From: an uncultured Fibrobacter sp.
GTDB taxonomy: Bacteria; Fibrobacterota; Chitinivibrionia; Chitinivibrionales; Chitinispirillaceae
NCBI GenBank assembly: GCA_964390065.1
Contig: CAYMGX010000026.1
Location: 4,453-36,452 of the forward strand
DNA length: 32,000 bases
Reading direction: 5' to 3'
Positions 24,404 through 32,000 of the stretch are shown piece after piece (the first letter of the stretch is position 1; the number at the start of each line of letters is the position of its first letter). The notes below the pieces were generated by a model, which was given only the letters and a program-made list of their open reading frames with translations, did not search any database and was not told where the DNA came from. The position numbers were made by a program, and so were the translations under genes.

Positions 24404-26386
24404 CTACTCTTCATCGGGCATTTCTAAATCATCTTTTTTATAATGAAAGACAATCACGCCAAGTGGTGGCAATCTAAGCTGCAAAGAAAACTTTCTACCA
24501 TGATGCTGAACATTCTGGGTCTCAACACCACCGGCATTTCCAATACCACTACCGCCATACTCTTTTGCATCACTATTAAAGACCTCTTTATAGAAGCCTT
24601 CAATATTTACACCTACCTTGTATTTCTCCCGTGGCACCGGTGTGAAATTTGCAACAACCAGAACCATTTCGTCAGGATCTTTACCCTTGCGGACAAATGA
24701 CAAGATACTATTCTCCCAATCATTACAATCCATCCACTCGAAGCCCTTTGGATCGAAGTCCAGTTCGTGAAGTGATGGTATCTCGCGATACAGTTTATTG
24801 AGATCTGCAACCATCAGCTGAACACCACTATGTCGCTCCCACTGCGCCAAACTCCAGTTAATACTCTTGTCATGATTCCATTCATCCCACTGTGCGATTT
24901 CGGAACTCATGAACAGCAATTTTTTGCCTGGATGCATAAACTGATACGATAAAAGCAACCGCAAATTAGCCAGACGATTCCAGTCATCACCTGGAAATTT
25001 GTTAACCAGCGATTGCTTTCCGTGTACGATTTCATCATGAGACAAAGGAAGCACATAGTTCTCGGTAAATGCATAGAGCATGCTGAAAGTAAGCTCCCCA
25101 TGATGATACTTACGGTGAATCGGATCTTTACTCATATATTCAAGTACATCGTGCATCCATCCCATATTCCATTTCATGCCAAATCCAAGCCCTCCAACAT
25201 ATGTTGGTCTCGAAACCATCGGCCAGGCAGTTGATTCCTCTGCAATCGTCTGAACATCCGGGAATGCTTTGTAAATCTCCATATTGAACTTTTTCAAAAA
25301 GTCAATTGCTTCAAGATTCTCGCGTCCGCCAAATTTGTTGGGAATCCATTCACCATGACGTCGTGAGTAGTCAAGATACAGCATTGACGCCACAGCATCA
25401 ACCCGTAGTCCATCAATGTGATACTTTTCGAGCCAGAACACCGCACTGCTCATCAGAAATGCCTGAACCTCATTACGCCCATAGTTAAAAATGTAACTCT
25501 TCCAGTCAGGATGAAACCCCTTCTTCGGATCTGCATGCTCATACAAACAGGTACCATCAAAATATGCAAGCCCATGCTCATCACCGGGGAAATGTGATGG
25601 CACCCAGTCGAGAATCACGGCGATGTCATTCTGATGCAGGTAATCGATAAGGTACATGAAATCCTGAGGAGTACCATAGCGGCTTGTTGGCGCAAAATAA
25701 CCAATTGTCTGATACCCCCAAGAACCATAAAACGGATGTTCCATCACAGGCAGGAACTGGACATGCGTAAAGCCCATTTTCTTGATATATGCAACAAACT
25801 CCGGTGCCATTTCCCGATATGTCAAAAAACGTTCCTCACCGTTTTCATCAACTTTTTTCATCCATGATCCAATATGCATTTCGTAAATTGATATTGGAGA
25901 ACTCAGTTCGTTGACTTTTTTACGTTTTTCCATCCAGACACTATCATTCCATGTGTAATCAATCTCCCAGACGACCGGTGATGTTCTTGGGGGAACTTCC
26001 CAGTGCATCGCAAATGGATCACCCCTGTTGGCTCTGTAGCTGTTCACTCTTGAGTCTACATGAAATTTGTACAGTGTTCCTTTTTCAATTCCGGGAATAA
26101 ATCCTTCCCAGATTCCTGAATTATCTGTTCTTTCCAAAAGCGGATGACTTTTAGGATTCCAGTTATTAAAATCCCCTACCATTGAAACAGTTCTGGCATT
26201 CGGTGCCCACACAGCAAAATAACAACCGGACACACCGTTATTCACCATAAGATGTGAACCGAGCTTATCGAAAAGCCGGAAGTGGTTACCCTCTTTAAAC
26301 AGATATATATCAAAATCCGAGAATAATGAAACATCATATAACACCTTGTTCTCATTTTTAAGTAATACTTCAGAATCCTGTTTCAT
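24404..26386 (-). CDS. glgB: 1,4-alpha-glucan branching enzyme
   Basis: GH13 motifs DWVPSHF, GLRVDAVASMLY, AEESTAWP, LSHDEIVHGK. Start chosen at ATG 26386, preceded by AAGGAG. The ORF-track start at 26401 is a TTG. Confidence 0.95.
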   Translation of the reverse strand: MKQDSEVLLKNENKVLYDVSLFSDFDIYLFKEGNHFRLFDKLGSHLMVNNGVSGCYFAVWAPNARTVSMVGDFNNWNPKSHPLLERTDNSGIWEGFIPGIEKGTLYKFHVDSRVNSYRANRGDPFAMHWEVPPRTSPVVWEIDYTWNDSVWMEKRKKVNELSSPISIYEMHIGSWMKKVDENGEERFLTYREMAPEFVAYIKKMGFTHVQFLPVMEHPFYGSWGYQTIGYFAPTSRYGTPQDFMYLIDYLHQNDIAVILDWVPSHFPGDEHGLAYFDGTCLYEHADPKKGFHPDWKSYIFNYGRNEVQAFLMSSAVFWLEKYHIDGLRVDAVASMLYLDYSRRHGEWIPNKFGGRENLEAIDFLKKFNMEIYKAFPDVQTIAEESTAWPMVSRPTYVGGLGFGMKWNMGWMHDVLEYMSKDPIHRKYHHGELTFSMLYAFTENYVLPLSHDEIVHGKQSLVNKFPGDDWNRLANLRLLLSYQFMHPGKKLLFMSSEIAQWDEWNHDKSINWSLAQWERHSGVQLMVADLNKLYREIPSLHELDFDPKGFEWMDCNDWENSILSFVRKGKDPDEMVLVVANFTPVPREKYKVGVNIEGFYKEVFNSDAKEYGGSGIGNAGGVETQNVQHHGRKFSLQLRLPPLGVIVFHYKKDDLEMPDEE

Positions 26387-26944
26387 TACATCTCCTTTCA
26401 ATCTCTTTATTACTAATGCTAAATGCTTAATTTTACACCAGTAACAGAGTAATGTGCAATTAAAATCAGTGTGATGTTGTGTTTATAAACATGTATAGAG
26501 TTTCTTTCGTCAGGCCACAGACCCATTCAGCAACACCCTCATTGTTGTTGCCCTGGCCACAAGTCTCACTTCATACACGATTTGTGAATTTGTGTACAAA
26601 AAAAGCTCCCAACTCTATCAAAAATGATGGTACTATATTGAATATAGTTTTCCGGGCTCAATTCGTGAACGATTAATTATACTAAAGGGAAAAAAAGATA
26701 CGATTATTCACAAAAGTCAACAGTTTTTTATAAAAAACATACAACTGCCTTGCTTTTTTGTATATATTATTTTAATCTTCTTAGTGCAGAAATAATTAGT
26801 TATGACAGAATTCTAAGGGTGATTCAGATAATCGGGGTATCTAAGCGGATTGATTGTATCACAGACGGGTATGTTTTATTACAAACAGATTTCCCGCTGC
26901 ATGCCCTTTACAATTAAACATGTAACAGTATATATGGAGTCGCA

Positions 26945-27712
26945 ATGAAAAGAGCAGTGGTTACATTGTTAGTTTTATTTGTCATCGGTATCGGTGGATA
27001 TTTTGGATATACTTTTTACAAGATAAAAACATCCCCGCTTGAAAAGGCACGAAAAGCAGAACTGAAAGGCCGGATTCAGAATGCATTTGATCATTACATT
27101 GACGCACTAAGGTTCATTTCTCCCGACACGCCACTCCCTGATTTAAATAAATCCAAGGTAGTTGATTCAAAAATCTGGAAATCAGACCTGACGAGGTATA
27201 CATCCTGGCTACTTGACACCTCAAAAAAGCCGGCTGCATTTGATTCTGTTTATAATAAGATTATTGGTTATCAGGATACCTATTCGCACTCCGAAAACAA
27301 AATAATCAACCTGATACACTCCACGCTATCAGGAGCTGCATTTGACACAGAATGGAAAGATGCCTTCTATGCATCAACAGCCCCCTGGAACGAATCGCAT
27401 AAGGAGTTATCATCCTATGCTCATTCTAAAAAAGGATCATTTCTGCGACTTTCTGCAGACAAAGGGTTTACTTATAATATCAGTATCATTAACCTGAAAA
27501 CAGGGATTCAAACATCATTTACTGTTTACTCAGAGGGAAAAACGACGAGTCTTGTTTTTCCCGGAGAATATTTAATTATTTGCAGAAGCATCGTTGAGTA
27601 TTCCAAAGGACAAAAATGGGTCTCACCATCAACATTAACCCCGATTACGATCCCTGATTCATCTTCGTTGATAAAGGGAATGCTTATTACAAAAGTTGCC
27701 AGGACAAAGTAA
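26945..27712 (+). CDS. Hypothetical membrane-anchored protein (single N-terminal TM helix)
   Basis: GGAG lies 6 nt upstream of the ATG. N-terminal VVTLLVLFVIGIGGYFGYTFY. I recognise no domain. Confidence 0.6.
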   Translation: MKRAVVTLLVLFVIGIGGYFGYTFYKIKTSPLEKARKAELKGRIQNAFDHYIDALRFISPDTPLPDLNKSKVVDSKIWKSDLTRYTSWLLDTSKKPAAFDSVYNKIIGYQDTYSHSENKIINLIHSTLSGAAFDTEWKDAFYASTAPWNESHKELSSYAHSKKGSFLRLSADKGFTYNISIINLKTGIQTSFTVYSEGKTTSLVFPGEYLIICRSIVEYSKGQKWVSPSTLTPITIPDSSSLIKGMLITKVARTK

Positions 27713-27829
27713 TAACCCCCTTAATAAAAGCAGGGCGCTTCCAGCGTGGGATTAAATTGTTCAACAATTTTAGCAGAATTCAGATTTTCCATTAAGCATT
27801 TTGACTTAATTACCAGACAAATTCCGAGC

Positions 27830-27892
27830 CCTGACTGTAAAGGAGGGGGTATCTTATTGGCATGCGAAAAAAAGCCCTTCCTTACGGTCAGG
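27830..27892 (+). other. Long imperfect hairpin in a convergent intergenic region
   Basis: 27830-27848 pairs with 27875-27892: 18 bp including two G-U pairs, with one bulged A and a 26-nt loop containing an A7 run. The G-U pairs become A-C mismatches on the minus strand, so the structure is better as a plus-strand RNA (3' region of gene 26945-27712). No U-tract follows. Confidence 0.3.
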
Positions 27893-27937
27893 CCTCTGAA
27901 TGAACAGGGTATTGATTTGGCCAGCTATTCAACAAAA

Positions 27938-27970
27938 GCAGGATTCGCAATGTTCTATTGTGCAATCCGC
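27938..27970 (-). terminator. Probable intrinsic terminator of gene 28021-28671
   Basis: On the minus strand: GCGGAUUGCA, 11-nt loop, UGCGAAUCCUGC (10 bp, two single-nt bulges), immediately followed by UUUUGUUG. It starts about 50 nt downstream of the stop at 28021. Confidence 0.5.
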
Positions 27971-28020
27971 GTTAACTATGCGTCATTCAGTTTCATCTGC
28001 AGGATATTACTTCTTTAGAA

Positions 28021-28671
28021 TTACTGTTTTGATGCGCTTGTGTCTGCTGCTGGTGATGCCGTTGTACCGGAACCTGATGCAGCGCTACCCAACGTCGCGT
28101 CGGGATTTGATTCCAGCTGCGTTTCGACACAATCAAGGATTTTCTTTGACTGAACGCGAGTGAGCGAGACCTTCGCAGTTCCAATCCATTTAGGTTTATA
28201 GCTCGTTTCAATTCCGCTTTCGCCAAGTTCATTTTTGATACATGCGACAATATATTTGTGTGTTAGTTTTGTCTTCTTAGCATAAGGAAGCAGCTTATCT
28301 GCAGCTCTCTTAAGTGCATCCTCAGTTGCGGCCTTTACCGCTTCATCAAGACTTTTCTTCGTTATACTGGTAACAATATTTACTGTTGGAAGCTCCGCAA
28401 ACGAGCGTTTCTCCTGTGCACGAGACTTTACAAACTGCCAGGTATTATCATTTTTCAACCACACAATTCGCCCATCAGGAAGATCAATATACATATCCTC
28501 TTCACTTCCATCAGAGATTGTAACTTTTGCATATCCCCATGAACCATCATCGTGAAGAATCGCCGAGCGGCCATCATCGAGTACCAACTCCATGTCACGT
28601 GCAAAAAGCCCTGCAGAAATACCAAGAACAATCACACTTACCAGCACCATTTTATTCAGATTACGCAGCAT
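28021..28671 (-). CDS. Hypothetical secreted protein
   Basis: AAGGAG SD and signal-like MVLVSVIVLGISAGLFA. Two short repeats of the form L-x-DG-R-x(3-4)-L/W-x(2)-D-x(1-2)-W (LDDGRSAILHDDGSWGY and LPDGRIVWLKNDNTWQF). Ser/Thr/Ala-rich C-terminal tail. I recognise no family. Confidence 0.65.
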   Translation of the reverse strand: MLRNLNKMVLVSVIVLGISAGLFARDMELVLDDGRSAILHDDGSWGYAKVTISDGSEEDMYIDLPDGRIVWLKNDNTWQFVKSRAQEKRSFAELPTVNIVTSITKKSLDEAVKAATEDALKRAADKLLPYAKKTKLTHKYIVACIKNELGESGIETSYKPKWIGTAKVSLTRVQSKKILDCVETQLESNPDATLGSAASGSGTTASPAADTSASKQ

Positions 28672-28886
28672 TTAACAGCTCCTTTTTTATAACTCCACAG
28701 ATAATGATCAGCGACATAACCGTTCACGAATTAATATAAGCATTCCAGCATGCGAACATTATATTTTTTTAAATAATTTTACTACTGGATTTCTTCTTTA
28801 TCATATTCTGACCTATTTTTATTAAGCAGAATGTTTTCAGCACACCACGAATTCCAGATTGACATCACATAAGAATGGTTTAGTCG

Positions 28887-29366
28887 ATGATTAACAGCGT
28901 AAAAACAATTGCAGCAGAACTTCTGAAAAACAATTTGACACTGTCTACCGCCGAGTCCTGCACTGGTGGACTGATTGGCGGGGCAATCACAGGCATTGCA
29001 GGGTCATCACTGTTTTTTAAAGGCGGCGTTACGGCATATTCCAATGAGATTAAAATTAATGTGCTTGGCGTAAACGAACAAACCATCAGTGAATTTGGTG
29101 CAGTAAGCAGTCAAACTGTTGAAGAAATGGTAAGAGGAGTCTGCACTCTGCTGAAAACAGATTGTGCGATATCAGTTTCAGGTATTGCAGGGCCGGGAGG
29201 CGGTTCCATTGACAAACCAGTTGGACTTGTTTACATTGGAATTAAAGTGCGTAATACCGTTTCAAGCCACAGACATATTTTCTACGGAAACAGACACCAG
29301 ATCCGGATAGCAACGGTTAAAACATCCCTTTGCTATCTGACATCAGCACTAAAAAATCATTTCTGA
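28887..29366 (+). CDS. pncC: CinA C-terminal domain protein (nicotinamide-nucleotide amidohydrolase PncC-like)
   Basis: 159 aa. LSTAESCTGGLIGGAITGIAGSS and VSGIAGPGGGS...KPVGLVYIG are hallmark CinA_C motifs. Confidence 0.9.
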   Translation: MINSVKTIAAELLKNNLTLSTAESCTGGLIGGAITGIAGSSLFFKGGVTAYSNEIKINVLGVNEQTISEFGAVSSQTVEEMVRGVCTLLKTDCAISVSGIAGPGGGSIDKPVGLVYIGIKVRNTVSSHRHIFYGNRHQIRIATVKTSLCYLTSALKNHF

Positions 29367-29383
29367 CATTGTATTGAAATCAT

Positions 29384-30064
29384 TCAGCAATAGACAGTCG
29401 GATCAGCAACACCAGCTGCTACAAATCCGTTATGACGCAGAACGCAGCTATCGCACCTTCCGCATGCCCTGCCATCATCTGATGGCTTATAACAGCTATG
29501 TGTAATACTGTAGTCTACCCCCATTTCAATACCAGATTTAATAATCTCTGCTTTGGTCAGGTTAATCAGCGGGGTATGAATTGTAAAGTGGTTTCCCTCA
29601 ACACCTTTTTTTGTCGCAAGGTTTGCTACTTTAGAAAACGCATCAATGTATTCCGGCCTGCAATCAGGATAACCACTATAATCAACCGCATTTACTCCAA
29701 TGTAAAGATCATCACACCCGGCCACTTCAGCCCACCCCAGTGCAAATGATAAAAATATGGTATTGCGTGCGGGAACATACGTATTCGGAATATCGCCACT
29801 AGACTCAATATCCCTGTTCAGGGGAACATCCATTACATCGGAGGTCAATGATGATCCTCCGAAAGCTCTGAGATCAATTGTGACAATTTTATGATCTGCA
29901 ACGTTAAAAAATGAAGCTACTCTTTTTGCAGCGTCAAGTTCAACACTGTGACGTTGTCCGTAGGAAAAACTCATCGCGTACAGTTCAAAACCATCACGAC
30001 GCGCGAATGCACAGCAGGTCGCACTGTCAAGACCACCACTAAGAAGCACAACAGCTTTCTTCAT
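29384..30064 (-). CDS. queC: 7-cyano-7-deazaguanine synthase
   Basis: PP-loop [14 protein letters not shown] and the C-terminal Zn-binding Cys cluster [21 protein letters not shown]. 226 aa. Confidence 0.95.
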   Translation of the reverse strand: MKKAVVLLSGGLDSATCCAFARRDGFELYAMSFSYGQRHSVELDAAKRVASFFNVADHKIVTIDLRAFGGSSLTSDVMDVPLNRDIESSGDIPNTYVPARNTIFLSFALGWAEVAGCDDLYIGVNAVDYSGYPDCRPEYIDAFSKVANLATKKGVEGNHFTIHTPLINLTKAEIIKSGIEMGVDYSITHSCYKPSDDGRACGRCDSCVLRHNGFVAAGVADPTVYC

Positions 30065-30067
30065 GAT

Positions 30068-30703
30068 TCAGACCCCTCTTTTATCACCCCAGATAAACTT
30101 ATGCAGTTGTAAACCAAGCCTGACAGGCAAATTTGATTCAACTATCCATGATGCAAGCTCTGCCGGTTCAATCCGCCCTATACACGGAGAGAATAGCATT
30201 GTTACTTTTGTATGTAATTGATATTTTTTAATAAAATCACACGCCCAGTCAAAATCTGTTTTATCGCTGATAACAAATTTGACTTCATCTGATGTAGTAA
30301 GATAATCGATATTTTCAAGCAGAAAAGAACCTTCGGAACCACTTCCCGGGCATTTTACATCGACAATCCGCACACACCCTGACGGCAGCAACCGGATGGG
30401 AAGAGATCCATTTGTTTCCACAAGAACAGTGTATCCCTTTTGTAAAAGCACCTCACATAATTTCACAGAGTCGGCCTGAAAGAGAGGCTCACCGCCAGTC
30501 AATTCAACAAGCTTTACACCGTGCGCATTTACATTATCAATTATTGCATCAATGGACATCGGTGTTCCTTCTGTAAATGCGTACCTGGTGTCGCAATAGG
30601 AACAGTCAAGGTTACAGCCGGTTAACCGGACAAAGGTACAGATACAGCCGGCATACGTCGACTCACCCTGTATTGATTTGAAAATTTCGCAAATTGTAAG
30701 CAT
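30068..30703 (-). CDS. queE: 7-carboxy-7-deazaguanine synthase (radical SAM)
   Basis: ICEIFKSIQGESTYAGCICTFVRLTGCNLDCSYCDT (CX14CX2C-type QueE motif) and TGGEPL. Start chosen at ATG 30703 (MLTICEIF), 1 nt after the queD stop. The 33-codon upstream extension in the ORF track overlaps queD. Confidence 0.93.
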   Translation of the reverse strand: MLTICEIFKSIQGESTYAGCICTFVRLTGCNLDCSYCDTRYAFTEGTPMSIDAIIDNVNAHGVKLVELTGGEPLFQADSVKLCEVLLQKGYTVLVETNGSLPIRLLPSGCVRIVDVKCPGSGSEGSFLLENIDYLTTSDEVKFVISDKTDFDWACDFIKKYQLHTKVTMLFSPCIGRIEPAELASWIVESNLPVRLGLQLHKFIWGDKRGV

Positions 30704-30704
30704 T

Positions 30705-31073
30705 TTATTCAAAATACGCTGCACAGTTACCGGGAGTTTCAAAAACTTCCACGCGGGCAACCATACCATCCCAATCAGATAATGACTCCCTGAGCTTACC
30801 AAAAATAAACCGGGCTATGTTCTCCGATGACGGATTAAGGTTTACAGGTGCAAGAACATCATTGAGATCCTTGTGATCAAACTCATCGATTATCTCCTTG
30901 AGTTTTTTCCTGAGTACCTTAAAATCTATGCCAATTCCCGCATCATCAAGCTTACTGCACCGGACCGTGGCCTTTACAAGCCAGTTATGTCCATGCAGAT
31001 TCTCACAAGGTCCTTTGTAATTTTTTAACCGATGTGCTGCGCTGAAACTTGCTTCTGTTGTAATTTCGAACAT
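30705..31073 (-). CDS. queD: 6-carboxy-5,6,7,8-tetrahydropterin synthase
   Basis: FSAAHRLKNYKGPCENLHGHNW (His/Cys catalytic and Zn-binding motifs). Start chosen at ATG 31073, preceded by GAGGTG. The ORF-track start at 31079 is a GTG. Confidence 0.93.
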   Translation of the reverse strand: MFEITTEASFSAAHRLKNYKGPCENLHGHNWLVKATVRCSKLDDAGIGIDFKVLRKKLKEIIDEFDHKDLNDVLAPVNLNPSSENIARFIFGKLRESLSDWDGMVARVEVFETPGNCAAYFE

Positions 31074-31273
31074 TGCCACCTCTTCCCTTTTTAAATTCTA
31101 TAGTCAGTTGCGTTGTTACTTCTCTTGTAACATCGATCGCAGTCCAGTACCTGCGCACTAAATATAAGATTTTTCTAAAGCACATTGTGAATCTTTAATT
31201 TGTGCCTAATAAGCGGTTTCAGAAAAATTAAAAGGATGCCGTTAAGCACAACGCACTATTTATTTCATTATTT

Positions 31274-32000
31274 TTAGACCATGAGCCCCATTTTCCTGCC
31301 GGCTTCATACATCATAATTGCGCTTGCACATGCAACATTAAACGAATCAACTCCGGAAGCCATAGGAATTCTAATAGTGGTATCACACACATCAAGAACA
31401 CTATCAGACAAGCCCACACCCTCATTACCAAAAACGAGACATGTATTGTCTGTAAAGGCAGCACATTCAAGCGGTATACTGTTGTTATCAAGTGCGGCAC
31501 CGTAAATTTTATAGTGGTACGTATCACGCAACGTACGTAATGTATCATCAAGCGATTTACTTTTAATAACCGGCAGTTTAAAAATAGTTCCCATCGAATT
31601 TCTAATAGCTCTTCGCAGCCAGGGATCTGCAGATGTCTCGCCAACAATTAATGCCCCGACACCACACGCAGCACAATTACGAACGATTGCTCCGGTATTT
31701 TCCGCACTTTCCAGCCTGTCAAGGGCAACAAGCAGACGGCTGTTCAGTCCACCATTGATAACATTACCAAGAGATCTTTCGGGTGGGATTTTTGCTATTG
31801 CAATTATTCCCTGATGATAATTGAACCCAACGATCGACCTGATTAGTTTGGTATCAGCAATATAGACATTTACTGTTTCCTTGCGACGTGAAAGATTGTC
31901 TTTGTAAATGTCAAACCATGCACCTGTCAATAAAATTGATACCAGCTCAAAAGAACTTGCCAAAAAAAGGGCAACGACCTTATCACCCTCGATGATTGCA
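31274..32000 (-). CDS. TrmH/SpoU-family RNA 2'-O-methyltransferase (5' end beyond window)
   Basis: SPOUT motifs LVFGNEGVGLS and IRIPMASGVDSFNVACASAIMMYE. The frame stays open to nt 32000 (the listed start at 31963 is a TTG; upstream codons read AIIEGDKVVALFL), so the gene continues off the right edge. Confidence 0.8.
   Translation of the reverse strand, partial: AIIEGDKVVALFLASSFELVSILLTGAWFDIYKDNLSRRKETVNVYIADTKLIRSIVGFNYHQGIIAIAKIPPERSLGNVINGGLNSRLLVALDRLESAENTGAIVRNCAACGVGALIVGETSADPWLRRAIRNSMGTIFKLPVIKSKSLDDTLRTLRDTYHYKIYGAALDNNSIPLECAAFTDNTCLVFGNEGVGLSDSVLDVCDTTIRIPMASGVDSFNVACASAIMMYEAGRKMGLMV

Noticed and set aside
26402-26944. 543-nt spacer between divergent glgB and gene 26945, including the 65-aa ORF 26479-26676.
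   Set aside because: The ORF has no RBS and a compositionally odd translation. I found only short direct repeats (GGCCACA x2, GGGTAT x2) and no convincing RNA structure or tRNA-like T-loop. It is probably just a promoter region.
27746-28163. ORFs 27746-28018 (90 aa) and 27900-28163 (87 aa) in the convergent spacer.
   Set aside because: They have non-ATG or RBS-less starts and run through the hairpin/terminator structures and into the 3' end of gene 28021-28671. Their translations have no recognisable features.
31074-31273. Possible preQ1 riboswitch upstream of queD-queE-queC.
   Set aside because: On the minus strand I found only a 5-bp hairpin (GTTAC-AAGAGAA-GTAAC) and an A-rich stretch before the SD. 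The loop and tail do not match the preQ1-I pattern as I recall it (e.g. AGAGGUUCUAGCUACACCCUCUAUAAAAAACUAA), and no pseudoknot pairing is evident. A covariance-model scan (Rfam RF00522, RF01054, RF02680) would settle it.
1-32000. Looked for CRISPR arrays, tRNA/rRNA genes, IS elements, integrases, reverse transcriptases, and long direct or inverted repeats flanking the defence island.
   Set aside because: I saw no spaced direct-repeat array, T-loop (GGTTCGAATCC-like) sequence, transposase- or integrase-like ORF, or long terminal repeat. This was a scan by eye, so short or degenerate elements could have been missed.

Overview
AT-rich (roughly 40% GC by eye) bacterial chromosomal window. It holds 25 well-supported protein genes plus two tentative small ORFs. 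I saw no rRNA, tRNA, CRISPR array, transposase or integrase. Layout: (i) 1-5093 is a defence island: the 3' end of a Wadjet operon (jetC cut by the window edge, then jetD), followed by an AbiEi/AbiEii type IV TA / abortive-infection pair. (ii) 5184-8116 (minus strand) is a tightly packed cassette: beta-CASP metallo-beta-lactamase nuclease, MutT-type Nudix, an unannotated 30-codon ORF, then a radical SAM enzyme with SPASM/twitch-like Cys motifs. This is my best candidate for an undescribed system, either RiPP-like or nucleotide/RNA-directed and possibly defence-linked. (iii) 8429-13476 holds a Hanks-type Ser/Thr kinase translationally coupled to a 701-aa protein ending in a degenerate GGDEF-like domain, followed by a lone bacterial dynamin-like GTPase. 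(iv) 13.5-32 kb is mostly housekeeping: a LysM protein, argJ, a periplasmic PDC-like protein plus a methyl-accepting chemoreceptor, a GGGP/HepGP-synthase homologue overlapping alaS, recA, glgB, two hypothetical envelope proteins, a CinA/PncC-domain protein, queD-queE-queC, and a TrmH/SpoU methyltransferase running off the right edge. The AlaRS type and the GGGPS homologue hint at an FCB-like lineage, but that is inference only. All functional calls come from motif recognition by eye; no database search or folding program was available, and nothing here is shown to be novel.
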